A DNA stretch of 64,000 nt, from assembly GCA_963675295.2 (NCBI GenBank), contig CAXXKJ010000002.1:2272001-2336000 (forward strand), in the 5' to 3' direction. The notes below the pieces were generated by a model. That model worked only from the letters and a program-made list of their open reading frames with translations, was not told the DNA's origin and ran no database searches. The stretch comes from a bacterium (lineage in GTDB: Bacteria; Electryoneota; Electryoneia; Electryoneales; Electryoneaceae). Numbering within the stretch: position 1 is the first letter of the stretch; each line of letters begins with the position of its first letter. Both the position numbers and the translations under genes were made by a program. Below, piece after piece: positions 1-11,497 of this stretch.

Positions 1-949
1 CGACGAGGGGACGTTGTTCGTGGGGACTCGCAGTGAAGACCGGGTGTACGCGTTGACGGACGATGACGGCGACGGGGTCCACGACACTCGGCATGTGATC
101 GCGACCGGTCTGAACATGCCGAACGGGGTGGCGTTCAAGGATGGCGCGCTGTATGTGGCGGAGGTGTCGCGTGTGCTGCGGTATGACGATATCGAGGCGA
201 ATCTCGACAATGTGCCGGAGCCGGTGGTGATCCGTGACGATTTCCCGACGGACCGCAGCCACGGTTGGAAGTACATCGCGTTCGGGCCGGACGGGAAGCT
301 GTATGTGCCGGTAGGGGCTCCGTGCAACATCTGCGATCCAGACGAGGCGATCTATGCGACGATTATCCGGATGGAGGCCGATGGGTCGAATCTGGAGATT
401 GTCGCGCATGGAATCCGGAACACGGTCGGGTTCGACTGGCATCCGGAGACGGGCGAATTGTGGTTCACCGACAACGGGCGCGACTGGCTCGGTGATGATC
501 TGCCGCCGGACGAACTGAACCGGGTGGCGTTCGCGGGCCAGCATTTCGGGTATCCGTACGTGCACGGCGACGGACTGGAGGACCCGGAATTCTACGGCTT
601 GATGCCGGATACGGTGGTGTGGACCGCGCCGGAACGTGAGCTCGGGCCGCATGTGGCGGCGTTGGGGATGGATTTCTATGAGGGTTCGATGTTCCCCGGG
701 GAATACCAGAATCAATTATTTATCGCTGAACACGGATCGTGGAACCGGAGTGAAAAGATTGGGTACCGAGTGATGCTGGCGCGGCTGGATGCGGGCGAGG
801 TTGTCAGCTACGAACCGTTCGCGACTGGCTGGCTGGGTGCGGATGGTTCGGTGAGTGGGCGGCCGGTGGATGTGATCGAATTGCCGGACGGGTCGCTGTT
901 GATTTCGGACGACTATGCGGGAAAAATCTATCGTGTTCGTTACAACTGA
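1..949 (+). CDS. PQQ-dependent sugar/sorbosone dehydrogenase family beta-propeller protein (5'-truncated by window edge)
   Basis: Motifs HGWKYIAFGPDGKLY, GAPCNIC, GIRNTVGFDWHP, TDNGRDWLGDDLPPDELN, EHGSWNRS, GRPVD; frame is open to the window start. Confidence 0.85.
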   Translation, partial: DEGTLFVGTRSEDRVYALTDDDGDGVHDTRHVIATGLNMPNGVAFKDGALYVAEVSRVLRYDDIEANLDNVPEPVVIRDDFPTDRSHGWKYIAFGPDGKLYVPVGAPCNICDPDEAIYATIIRMEADGSNLEIVAHGIRNTVGFDWHPETGELWFTDNGRDWLGDDLPPDELNRVAFAGQHFGYPYVHGDGLEDPEFYGLMPDTVVWTAPERELGPHVAALGMDFYEGSMFPGEYQNQLFIAEHGSWNRSEKIGYRVMLARLDAGEVVSYEPFATGWLGADGSVSGRPVDVIELPDGSLLISDDYAGKIYRVRYN

Positions 950-1271
950 GCGCGCGGTGGAGGAGTGTTTCCGGGCTCAGTGTTGATCAATCCGGTGCAA
1001 GGCTCGGGAATTGTGGCTTGAATTAGGCGAACTTAATTGTGAAGAAGGGTGCATAATTACGGAAAATGGTTAGCTGGAACTCACCTCAAGCTTAGTTTTT
1101 CGCGAAAAATGGTGCGGAGAACGGGGGATTCTTGCCCCTCGGAGTCCAGAGGCTGACTGTAGCGTCCAAGTCGTTTATATTCCCCGGATCTAAGACCTTG
1201 AACGCAAGCATTTGATCGTTCAACTGTTCCCGGGAGCCGGCGTGCATGGCCGCTCAGCGTAACGTTGGTGA

Positions 1272-2669
<1,398 letters not shown>

Positions 2670-2695
2670 TCCAGACCATCAGCGATGAAGAGTTC

Positions 2696-2735
2696 ACGGC
2701 GCGGGATGGATGCATGTCCCGCGCCGTATTATTTT
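2696..2735 (+). terminator. Intrinsic terminator-like hairpin after gdhA
   Basis: acggcgcggga / tcccgcgccgt 11-bp stem followed by attatttt. Confidence 0.65.
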
Positions 2736-2775
2736 GCGCACGTAAAAATGACGCAACGATGATGCGGAGGAGAGG

Positions 2776-5700
2776 GTGTCCGAGGAGTTGTCAAACCAGG
2801 AATCCGGCGGTTCCGGAATACTGACCGAAGCGCTGCAGGCGAGTGTCTGGACGGATCCGTCCACCCGGTACACAAACTTCCAGCAGCTGATGCGGCGGCG
2901 GGTGAACAACATCCTGCTTGTCAGCAGCCTGTACGACTCGTTCATCCTCGCGCAGGATGGACAGCTGGAAGAGTTGATGCTCAGCGAGTTCATGCAGCTG
3001 AACCTGTACCACGCGCCGAGCCTGACGCGTGTGCAGACGGGTTCCCAGGCGCTCGAAATTGCCCGCTCCAGCAACCATTTCAACATGATTGTCGCGACGG
3101 CGAACATCGGCGACATGCCAGTGGACGAGTTCGCCCGGCGGTTGCATGAGTCCGGTGCGGACATCCCGCTGATTCTGCTGACGTATGACAACCGTGAGAT
3201 CGACCGGCTGATTCGTCGCGGTCATGATGAATTGTTCGACAGGATCTTCCTGTGGCAGGGCGACTTCCGGGTGTTGCTGGCGATGGTGAAGTACGTGGAG
3301 GATCGCCTGAACGCCGATCACGATACCAAAGTGATGGGCGTGCAGACGATCTTGCTCGTGGAAGACAACATCCGCTTCTATTCGTCTTACCTGCCGTTGA
3401 TTTACGGCGAGCTGATGGAGCAGAGCCAGCAGTTGCTGGGTGAGGGGATGAACCTCGCGAACCGCATCCTGCGGATGCGTGCGCGTCCGAAAATTCTGCT
3501 GTGTACGACGTACGAAGAGGCATGGCAGACATACATGAAGTACGAGAAGAACATGCTCGGCGTGATCACCGACGTCGAGTATGCCCGCAACGGCGAGAAA
3601 GATCCGGAGGCGGGGATTCACCTCGTGCAGGCGATTCGTGAACGGCGGGAAGACATTCCGATCCTGATGCAGTCGTTCGAGCAGGAATGGGCGAAGCGTG
3701 CGCGGGATCTGCATGTCGGGTTCATCCAGAAGGATTCGCCGACATTGCTGAACAAACTGCGAAAGGTGATGAAGAATTCGTTCAGCTTCGGCGACTTCGA
3801 ATTCTACATGCCGAACGGGCAGTACATCGGGCGGGCGAGCGACCTGAAGTCGTTGCAGAACATGATCTCGACCGTGCCAGCCGAGAGCCTGCTGCATCAC
3901 GCGAAACACGACCATTTCTCGAGCTGGCTGAAGGCACGCACCGAGTTTGCGATCGCGGCTCAGTTCAAAGCGATGCGCGCGGCCGATTATCCCGATCCGA
4001 ATGTGTTGCGTGGCGAATTGATCGTTGCGTTGAGCAACTTCCGGATGGAACGGTTCCGTGGCCTGATCGCCGATTTTCAGCCGCACAACTTCGATCCGCG
4101 ATCCAGTTTCGCCCGTCTCGGTGGTGGTTCGATGGGCGGCAAGGCGCGCGGACTGGCGTTTCTGGCGCATCTCGTGGACCGGTTGGATCTGCACAAGAAA
4201 TGGGACGGTATCCGGGTCTCTGTGCCGGCGACGGTGGTGCTGGGGACGGATGCGTTCGACCAGTTTCTCGAGAACAACGATCTGGACGATTTCGCCCTTG
4301 AGTGTGAGGATGATGGCGAACTGGCGCAGCGGTTCCTCGAAGCGGAGTTCCCGAAACCGCTCAAGGACCAGCTCAGCGAACTGCTGAAGCTGATGGATTA
4401 TCCGATTGCGGTGCGATCTTCCGGCCTACTGGAAGACAGCCTGTTCCAGCCGTTCGCGGGGATCTACTCGACGTACATGCTGCCGAACAATCACCCGGTG
4501 TTCAACGTGCGGCTGGAAGCGCTGATCCGGGCGATCAAGCTGGTTTACGCGTCAACATTTGCGCAGAAGTCGCGGTCCTATTTCCGCTCGACGCCGTATC
4601 GTCTCGAGGAAGAGAAGATGGCGGTGATCGTGCAGCGCCTTGTAGGTGTGGAGCACGGGCAACGATTTTACCCGGACTTTGCGGGGGTGGCGCGTTCGTA
4701 CAACTTCTACCCATCACCGCCGGCGGAGTCGACGGACGGTATCGCGAATGTCGGGTTGGGGTTTGGGTCGTATGTGATGGACGGCGGGGAAGGGGTGCGT
4801 TTCTGCCCGAAGTATCCGCAGCATATCGCCCAGTTTGCGACGATCAGCGACATGCTGAACTATTCGCAGAAACAGTTCTACTGCCTCAAGTTGCCAGCGA
4901 ATTCCGAAATGGATGTGCTGGACGAATTGAAGCTGGAACACTGCGACCTGACGGTGGCGAAGGATCATGGCACGCTGACGGCGACGGGGTCGGTATATTC
5001 GCACGAGAATCGCGCGGTGTACGATGGGGTTTCGCGTGCGGGGATGCCGCTGGTGACGTTTGCCCCGATTCTCAAGCACGGTCTGTTCCCGTTGGCAGAC
5101 ATCCTGTCGACGATGCTGGAAATCTCGGAACGTGGGGTCAGCCGCCAGGTGGAGCTGGAATTTGCGGTCAATTACACGGTTACGGAAGGGCCGCGGGAAT
5201 TTGTGTTGTTGCAACTGCGTCCGTTGGTGTTGAGCCAGGAACAGGAAATCCTTGAAGTCGGCGGCTATGATGAAGGCGACACGATCTGCTGCTCCGACAA
5301 GGTGCTGGGTGCGGGCCGGATTCAGGATATCCAGGATATCGTGTTCGTGGACAGCAAAGGGTTCGACCGGGCGAAAACGCGTGAGGTTGCGGCCGAGGTC
5401 GCGAAACTGAACTCGCAGCTGGAAGCGGAAAACCGGCCCTATCTGCTGATCGGGCTGGGTCGATGGGGCAGTACCGACCCGTGGCTCGGGATTCCGGTGT
5501 CGTGGGATCAGATCAGCGGGGCGCGGGTGATTGTCGAGTCCGGGTTCGAGGACATCAAGGTGACGCCGTCCGAGGGCGCGCATTTCTTCCACAACATCAC
5601 GTCGCTAAGTATCGGCTATTTCACGGTCAACGAGGACGGTGGCGAAGGACGGCTGGACTGGCCATGGTTGCGCAAACACGCCGTTCCGGAAACCGAGGAT

Positions 5701-5865
5701 GGCCTGGTGCGGCGGGTGCGGCTGGATGAGCCGTTGCAAGTGCTGATGGACGGCCACAACCACAAGGGTGTAATTCTGAAGCCGGGGGTGAAGTACCGTC
5801 CGAACGGTGATGCGCCGACCCGGGACTCCAGCGAAGAACGGGCGAAGGCGAAGGACTGGGAATAA
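2776..5865 (+). CDS. Receiver-like domains fused to a PPDK/PEP-synthase-type N-terminal ATP-grasp domain (function unknown)
   Basis: N-terminal ILLVEDN..GVITDVEY receiver-like segment; GGKARGL, AVRSSGLLEDS..FAGIYST, MAVIVQ, ELEFAV, LLQLRP ATP-grasp motifs; C-terminal GRWGSTDPWLGIPV and GAHFFHN; no PEP-binding TIM barrel. Confidence 0.85.
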   Translation: MSEELSNQESGGSGILTEALQASVWTDPSTRYTNFQQLMRRRVNNILLVSSLYDSFILAQDGQLEELMLSEFMQLNLYHAPSLTRVQTGSQALEIARSSNHFNMIVATANIGDMPVDEFARRLHESGADIPLILLTYDNREIDRLIRRGHDELFDRIFLWQGDFRVLLAMVKYVEDRLNADHDTKVMGVQTILLVEDNIRFYSSYLPLIYGELMEQSQQLLGEGMNLANRILRMRARPKILLCTTYEEAWQTYMKYEKNMLGVITDVEYARNGEKDPEAGIHLVQAIRERREDIPILMQSFEQEWAKRARDLHVGFIQKDSPTLLNKLRKVMKNSFSFGDFEFYMPNGQYIGRASDLKSLQNMISTVPAESLLHHAKHDHFSSWLKARTEFAIAAQFKAMRAADYPDPNVLRGELIVALSNFRMERFRGLIADFQPHNFDPRSSFARLGGGSMGGKARGLAFLAHLVDRLDLHKKWDGIRVSVPATVVLGTDAFDQFLENNDLDDFALECEDDGELAQRFLEAEFPKPLKDQLSELLKLMDYPIAVRSSGLLEDSLFQPFAGIYSTYMLPNNHPVFNVRLEALIRAIKLVYASTFAQKSRSYFRSTPYRLEEEKMAVIVQRLVGVEHGQRFYPDFAGVARSYNFYPSPPAESTDGIANVGLGFGSYVMDGGEGVRFCPKYPQHIAQFATISDMLNYSQKQFYCLKLPANSEMDVLDELKLEHCDLTVAKDHGTLTATGSVYSHENRAVYDGVSRAGMPLVTFAPILKHGLFPLADILSTMLEISERGVSRQVELEFAVNYTVTEGPREFVLLQLRPLVLSQEQEILEVGGYDEGDTICCSDKVLGAGRIQDIQDIVFVDSKGFDRAKTREVAAEVAKLNSQLEAENRPYLLIGLGRWGSTDPWLGIPVSWDQISGARVIVESGFEDIKVTPSEGAHFFHNITSLSIGYFTVNEDGGEGRLDWPWLRKHAVPETEDGLVRRVRLDEPLQVLMDGHNHKGVILKPGVKYRPNGDAPTRDSSEERAKAKDWE

Positions 5866-5895
5866 GGGTCCGTCGAGATGAAGGGTTCGAGATGA

Positions 5896-5930
5896 AAACC
5901 GGGGTACGTTCGATGAACGTGCCCCGGTTT
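5896..5930. terminator. Bidirectional terminator hairpin between convergent genes
   Basis: aaaccggggtacgttc-gat-gaacgtgccccggttt. Confidence 0.65.
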
Positions 5931-5954
5931 GTTGTGTCAAGACCGGCTAAGATA

Positions 5955-7253
5955 TCAGCCGAAGATCAGTTCCGTGCCGGGCTCAAGGACGGCGCCTTTG
6001 TGGATGCAGAGGATGCCGTCGCGAAGTGTCCAGCCGTCGCCGTACTTGTCTTCCTTGTCGCCGCCGACGAGTTTGCAGCCGTCGCCGACGTGCGCGTTCT
6101 TGTCGATGATCGCCTGGCGGACGTAGCAGTGTTTTCCGATCCCCATCTGGGGGATTTTTTTCGCCTCGAAGGTGTCACGTTCCTCTTTGGTTGGGTAGTA
6201 GTCCTGGCCCATGACGATGACGTGTTCGAGGCGGCTGCTCATGCCGACGACGCTGCGGATACCGATCACAGAGTGGAAAATATCGCAGTGATCGACGATG
6301 CAGCCGTCCGAGAGTAGCGCGCGCGAGAAGCTGGCACCATTGATCTTGCTCGGCGGGAGGAAGCGGCCGTGCGTGTAGATGCGGTCGACATCATCGAAGA
6401 AGTTGAACTTCGGAATCGGATCGGTCAGCGAGAGGTTAGCGTCAAAGAACGCGCGAATGGTTCCGATGTCTTCCCAGTAATCGTTGTACTGGTGGGCGTA
6501 GACTTTCATCCCCTGCTGGATGGCGTGGGGGAGGATTTCCTTGCCGAAGTCTTCGTCCTCGGATGCGGACAACAGGTCGTGCAGCACCTCGCGATTGAAG
6601 ACGTAGACGCCCATGTTCGCGAGGAACAATCCCTTGCGCACTGGTTCTTTGCGCAGCTCGAAATACTTTGGCTGGATCTCGATCGAGTCGATGACCTTGT
6701 CTTCGTTCGGCTTCTCGATGAATCGTTCGATCTGACCATTGAGGTCAATGTCCATCACCCCGAGGCCGGGGACCAGGTCACGGGACACTTCGAGCGCGGC
6801 GACGGTGACATCGGCACCGCGTTCCCGGTGTTCCTCGACCATCTGCGAGTAGTCCATCCGGTAGAGGTGGTCGCCGGAGAGGATGAGGAACTCGTCGAAA
6901 CGCATGGTTTCGGCGTGGCGCAGGGTTTTGCGGATGGCGTCCGCGGTTCCCTGGTACCAGTCGTTCTGGTCCTTCATGTCGGTTTGTTCGGCGGCGAGGA
7001 TGTTGACAAATCCTTCGCGGCGGAACGGGTCAAACCGGTAAGCCGTGCTGATATGCTGGTTCAGACTCTGGGCGAGGAACTGGGTGAGCACGAAAATCCG
7101 GTCGATTCCGGAATTGATACAGTTGGAGATCGGGATATCGATCAGCCTGTACTTACCAGCAAGCGGGACCGCTGGTTTCGAGCGTTCCTTGGTCAGCGGA
7201 AACAACCGCGTGCCGCGTCCCCCTCCGAGAATCATCGCGAGCACATTTTGCAT
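5955..7253 (-). CDS. glgC: Glucose-1-phosphate adenylyltransferase
   Basis: GGGRGTRLFPLTKERSKPAVP, WYQGTADA, ILSGDHLYRMDY, FIEKP, YWEDIGT; C-terminal beta-helix. Confidence 0.96.
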   Translation of the reverse strand: MQNVLAMILGGGRGTRLFPLTKERSKPAVPLAGKYRLIDIPISNCINSGIDRIFVLTQFLAQSLNQHISTAYRFDPFRREGFVNILAAEQTDMKDQNDWYQGTADAIRKTLRHAETMRFDEFLILSGDHLYRMDYSQMVEEHRERGADVTVAALEVSRDLVPGLGVMDIDLNGQIERFIEKPNEDKVIDSIEIQPKYFELRKEPVRKGLFLANMGVYVFNREVLHDLLSASEDEDFGKEILPHAIQQGMKVYAHQYNDYWEDIGTIRAFFDANLSLTDPIPKFNFFDDVDRIYTHGRFLPPSKINGASFSRALLSDGCIVDHCDIFHSVIGIRSVVGMSSRLEHVIVMGQDYYPTKEERDTFEAKKIPQMGIGKHCYVRQAIIDKNAHVGDGCKLVGGDKEDKYGDGWTLRDGILCIHKGAVLEPGTELIFG

Positions 7254-7283
7254 GGGTACCTCTCAAACGTACGGGGTTGATGG

Positions 7284-7970
7284 TTACTGGTTGTCGCGTG
7301 CCTGCTGCAGAATGGTGACAGTGGCGGAGGCACCAATTCGTGTTGCACCGGCCTTGATCATGGTCATCGCGTTTTGATAGGTACGAATCCCGCCGGATGC
7401 TTTCACGCCGATTTTTCCTTTTGCGACCTCGGCGAGAATGGTGACAGCCTCGACGGTCGCGCCTCCGGAGGCGAATCCGGTGGACGTTTTGAGGAAATCA
7501 GCGCCGCCACGTACCGCCGCCTTGGCAGCTTCGCGGGTATCATGAGCATTCAGCTCGCTGGTCTCGAGGATCGCCTTGACGGTAAATGTACCTGCGGCTT
7601 CCTTCACCGCCCGGACATTCGCCTCGACATAATCCCAGCTCTCCGATCGCCCGATACCGTACGGTATGACCATGTCGAATTCATGAGCGCCGTCTTCAAT
7701 CGCTCGTGCGGTCTCGGCCTCGAGGGCGGGGTAGGCGGTGGCGCCGTGCGGAAATCCAATCACGGTACAGACCGGCACTCCAGACCCGACGAGCTCGACG
7801 TGCGCTTCCTTCACCCAGATCGGGTGGACGCAGACGCTGGCGACTTTCCACTCACGTGCTTCCTGGCAGATGCGCACGATGTCCTTGCGTGCCGCGCCGG
7901 GGTTCAGCAGAGTATGGTCAAAGTATTTCGCGAGTTCCGCGACAGACAGTTTTTCGGGATGTTTGTTCAT
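7284..7970 (-). CDS. deoC: Deoxyribose-phosphate aldolase
   Basis: DHTLL, VIGFPHG, KAILET, DFLKTSTGF, KASGGIR, RIGAS. Confidence 0.96.
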   Translation of the reverse strand: MNKHPEKLSVAELAKYFDHTLLNPGAARKDIVRICQEAREWKVASVCVHPIWVKEAHVELVGSGVPVCTVIGFPHGATAYPALEAETARAIEDGAHEFDMVIPYGIGRSESWDYVEANVRAVKEAAGTFTVKAILETSELNAHDTREAAKAAVRGGADFLKTSTGFASGGATVEAVTILAEVAKGKIGVKASGGIRTYQNAMTMIKAGATRIGASATVTILQQARDNQ

Positions 7971-7977
7971 GGCAGAC

Positions 7978-8289
7978 TCAGATTCGTACCGCGGTGCCCG
8001 ATGCGGAAACCATCAGCATGCCTTCCCGCACCACTTCATAATCGAGATCGACGCCGATGACGGCATTCGCGCCGAGCGTCGCTGCTTCATCCTGCATCTC
8101 GCGCAGGGCGATCTGACGTGCCTGCTTGAGCTTGCTCTCGTAGGCGCCGCTGCGTCCGCCGATGACATCGGTGATGGAGGCGAACAGGTCACGGACGATG
8201 TTGGCGCCCATGATCGCTTCGCCGCTGACGACGCCGAGGTATTCCTGCACGGTTTGCCCGTCGATCAGCGTCGTGGTGGTGACAATCAT
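7978..8289 (-). CDS. YbjQ/UPF0145 family protein
   Basis: MIVTTT...[18 protein letters not shown]...[13 protein letters not shown]...ASGTAV; ATG overlaps upstream stop (ATGA). Confidence 0.92.
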   Translation of the reverse strand: MIVTTTTLIDGQTVQEYLGVVSGEAIMGANIVRDLFASITDVIGGRSGAYESKLKQARQIALREMQDEAATLGANAVIGVDLDYEVVREGMLMVSASGTAVRI

Positions 8290-9647
8290 TCTTCCTCCCC
8301 TCGAATGGCCGCCGTCGCACGGTCGGCCAGAGTTTGCGCTTCCTGCTTCGATTTCGCTTCCGCAAAGATGCGAACGATAGGTTCGGTGTTCGACGGGCGA
8401 ACGTGAACCCATCCAGCTTCAAGATCAATACGGACGCCGTCGCGGGTGTCGATGTCGCGGGCGTCGTGGAATTCGGCGCGCAGCGGATCCTGCAGAGAGT
8501 CCGGTGTCAGGTCGCCAATCGGTGCCTTGCGTTTCAGCAAGGTGTACTGCGGCAGGCGGCTGACTAGCACGCTCAACGGTTGGCCGTGGGTGGCGAGCAT
8601 GCTGAGCACGAGGCCGATACCGACCATGGCGTCCCGGTTGGCGTGGATTTCCGGCAGCATCACGCCGCCGTTGCCCTCACCGCCGATGATGGCGTTGACA
8701 CGGTCCATCTCCGCCGCGACATGGGCCTCGCCGACGGGAGTGCGAAAGACATTCGCTCCTGCGGAACGGGCAACATCCGCACTCGCTCGGCTGGTGGAGA
8801 GGTTCAGAACCACCGGGCCGGCCTCGATGGACAACACGTGCTTGATCGCCAGCGCCAACGTCAGTTCTTCGCCAATCGGCTGGCCGTGTTCGTTGACGAT
8901 GGCCAGTCTGTCGCCGTCCGGGTCGAGGGCGAAACCGATGTCCATGCCCTCGCTGGTGACCAGATCGCAGAGATCGCCGAGGTGGTCCGGTGTCGGTTCG
9001 GCTTCACGTCCGAAATCGCCGGAGAGGTCGCCGTGGACCTTGCGCACGTCACAGCCGAGATCGTGCAACAGGTTGGGCACGATCAGGTTGCCGACGGAGT
9101 TGACACAGTCGATGGCGACGCGGAACTGGGAGCGCCGGATCGCGGAGACGTCGATGAATTCGCTGTCGAGCACGGCCTTGATGTGAAAGTCGACGCCGCC
9201 ATCATCCTGGGCGACAACCTTGCCGAGATGGTGGACGTCAACGTATTCGAAATCATTCTCGTTAAAGCGGCGGTTGACTTCCGCGCCTTCTTCAGGTCCG
9301 AGGAATCTCCCTTTGCTGTCGAGGAACTTCATCGCGTTCCACGACACCGGGTTGTGGCTCGCGGTGACGCAGACTCCGCCGGCGGCTTCATGTTCGACCA
9401 CCATCAGCTCGATGGTCGGAGTGGTTGCCAGCCCGAGGTCGATGACCTCGCAGCCGGTCGAGACCAACCCGGAAAACAGGGCCTGGCGGACCATGGATCG
9501 GGAGGGCCGAGTGTCGCCACCGACGACGACTCGTCCACCCTTGAGGAATGTTCCGAATGCCGCGCCATAGCGTGCGACGACGTCCGGGGACAGTCCATCC
9601 CCGATGACGCCTCGGATGCCGGCAATACCCGTCATCAACTTCGGCAT
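8286..9647 (-). CDS. glmM: Alpha-D-phosphohexomutase (GlmM/PMM-PGM family)
   Basis: TASHNP phosphoserine loop, DPDGDR metal loop, [15 protein letters not shown]; substrate specificity uncertain. Confidence 0.8.
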   Translation of the reverse strand: MPKLMTGIAGIRGVIGDGLSPDVVARYGAAFGTFLKGGRVVVGGDTRPSRSMVRQALFSGLVSTGCEVIDLGLATTPTIELMVVEHEAAGGVCVTASHNPVSWNAMKFLDSKGRFLGPEEGAEVNRRFNENDFEYVDVHHLGKVVAQDDGGVDFHIKAVLDSEFIDVSAIRRSQFRVAIDCVNSVGNLIVPNLLHDLGCDVRKVHGDLSGDFGREAEPTPDHLGDLCDLVTSEGMDIGFALDPDGDRLAIVNEHGQPIGEELTLALAIKHVLSIEAGPVVLNLSTSRASADVARSAGANVFRTPVGEAHVAAEMDRVNAIIGGEGNGGVMLPEIHANRDAMVGIGLVLSMLATHGQPLSVLVSRLPQYTLLKRKAPIGDLTPDSLQDPLRAEFHDARDIDTRDGVRIDLEAGWVHVRPSNTEPIVRIFAEAKSKQEAQTLADRATAAIRGEEE

Positions 9648-9743
9648 GCAGCCTCTCAGTTCATGTCAGCGAATGCGGAAATATACACGCCATCCGTGTA
9701 GGGATAAAGGCATGAGGGCCGAATCTTTGGAGAGCGCTAACTG

Positions 9744-10241
9744 TCAGGATTTCACCGCATAGTGCAGCATTGACCGCACGACGAGATGGTGAAACGGCTT
9801 GATCAGGGCGAAATAGAAACGTCCGGAGCGGTTGTGGAACGTGACAAATGTCGTCAGTCCAAAGCGGTCGAAGCCGCCGTGCATATCGTCCCGGGTGACG
9901 ACCAGCCATGCGTCCAGGTGCTTGTCGCTGATCGTGCCTGCCCAGTAACGATCGGGTTCTCCGGCGTCCACGGTGAAGAAAGAATGCGGTGCGCCCGGTT
10001 CAAACGAGATGTCAGCTGCGGTGTATTTGTTTAGCTTTGGCAGGCCAGCCGTGTTCAACCGCAGGATTTTCGCGAGCACCGTGCGGATAGCGAACAATAT
10101 CATCAGCCACCAGGGCTGGTAGGACATCAGCCGGGCGACAACGTCCGCGAGGTCCCGTTCACCGAAGGCGAAATGGACATCGTTGTGATCGCTGTTGACG
10201 CGCAGGTCGATGATGTAGGAGGTGTCGGTAAGGACAGACAT
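9744..10241 (-). CDS. DUF2867-like hypothetical protein
   Basis: PWWLMILFAIR, DKHLD, FHNRSGRFYFALIKPFHHLVV resemble this family. Confidence 0.7.
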   Translation of the reverse strand: MSVLTDTSYIIDLRVNSDHNDVHFAFGERDLADVVARLMSYQPWWLMILFAIRTVLAKILRLNTAGLPKLNKYTAADISFEPGAPHSFFTVDAGEPDRYWAGTISDKHLDAWLVVTRDDMHGGFDRFGLTTFVTFHNRSGRFYFALIKPFHHLVVRSMLHYAVKS

Positions 10242-10258
10242 GGTCAGCTCCGGCAGCG

Positions 10259-10633
10259 CTATTCGTCCGGCGAAAACGCGTTGATGTAGTGAGTTACGGC
10301 GGGTTTGGGCTGCATTACGACGATGCAGACGTCGAAACGGACCGTGGGGAGGGGTTCGGGCAACTCGGCGAGCAGATGGTTGGCAACGCGAGTCACCTGC
10401 CGGCGTTTGCTCAGCGGCACCTTTTCGCTACCCCAGACCGCGCCCTCGGTTTGCATCGAACGGACTTCGACGACCACCAGCTCGTCGCCGTCCCACATCA
10501 ACAGGTCGATCTCACCGGCCTTGTTCCGCAGGTTGCGGGAAACCGGCTTGAACCCTTGCTTCTTCAGGTATTTCTCGGCGGCGCGCTCGCCTTTTGCGCC
10601 GAGTTTTTTGCGGTAATCGGTGGACTCAGGCAT
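10259..10633 (-). CDS. YraN/UPF0102 family putative endonuclease
   Basis: GAKGERAAEKYL, GEIDL, VEVR, RFDV; typical position downstream of rnhB. Confidence 0.92.
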   Translation of the reverse strand: MPESTDYRKKLGAKGERAAEKYLKKQGFKPVSRNLRNKAGEIDLLMWDGDELVVVEVRSMQTEGAVWGSEKVPLSKRRQVTRVANHLLAELPEPLPTVRFDVCIVVMQPKPAVTHYINAFSPDE

Positions 10634-11375
10634 CGGTGCTCCGCTCGGGAAGATTGCCGATGCTGATGCGGTCGCCGTTTCGGGCGGCGATGGTGAAGGT
10701 GAGACGATGGATCGGGCAACGGCCCAGTTTCAACACGGCGAGACGGTGGTCGAGGGTCGGGTAACCCTTGTGCTGCGCGAAGCCGTAGCCGGGGTATTTC
10801 AAATCATAGTCAAGCATTAAACGGTCACGGTGAACCTTGGCGAGGATCGAGGCAGCGCCGATGCTGAAACTCAACGAATCGCCCTTGACGATGTTGTGCT
10901 GGCGGCCGGATTCGAGCGGGGGGATGCGCCCGTCGACAAGCAGGACCGGGTTGTCGCAGTTCAGTTGTGCTGCCACGTCGCGAACGGCTGCGCGCATGGC
11001 GAGCCGTGTTGCCTCGAGGATGTTGTGTTCGTCTATCGCCGCGGCGTCACTCTCCTGGATCGACCACGCGAGGGCGTGCTGCTGGATCAGGTCGAACGCG
11101 ACTTCGCGGCGGGATTCGGAGAGTTGCTTGGAATCGTTGATGCCGGGGATGAACGTGTCCGGCTTGAAGGCGACGGCGCCGACGGTGACCGGTCCGGCGA
11201 GCGGACCCCGCCCGGCTTCGTCCACGCCGATGACGACGGTTTCGCCAGTATCCCAGAAGTCCAGTTCTGGTCCGAAGATGGCGCCGTCCCTGTTGGCTTT
11301 GAGTGAGCGGACGACGGCTAGTTGTCCCTGATCGGTGGAGGGTACGTTGGAGAGTGTTGAGCGCGTTTTCGGCAT
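10626..11375 (-). CDS. rnhB: Ribonuclease HII
   Basis: GVDEAGRGPLAGPV, DSKQL, KGD, AASILAKVHRD, HKGYPT; start codon uncertain. Confidence 0.95.
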   Translation of the reverse strand: MPKTRSTLSNVPSTDQGQLAVVRSLKANRDGAIFGPELDFWDTGETVVIGVDEAGRGPLAGPVTVGAVAFKPDTFIPGINDSKQLSESRREVAFDLIQQHALAWSIQESDAAAIDEHNILEATRLAMRAAVRDVAAQLNCDNPVLLVDGRIPPLESGRQHNIVKGDSLSFSIGAASILAKVHRDRLMLDYDLKYPGYGFAQHKGYPTLDHRLAVLKLGRCPIHRLTFTIAARNGDRISIGNLPERSTDA

Positions 11376-11497
11376 GGTGTGGGATTGTTGACGTTGGTAC
11401 GCGGAAGCCTTATGGCTCGCGGTTTGTCCGGTTTTGCCCGCCGTTTGACGGCTATATTTTGTGCAACGCGAACAAGATAAGCAACAGGTCTGGCAAG

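Noticed and set aside
1214-1265. glnA-type glutamine riboswitch before gdhA (atcgttca start)
   Set aside because: Lacks the conserved GGAAG/GAAG junction segments I would expect; kept only as an unclassified leader.
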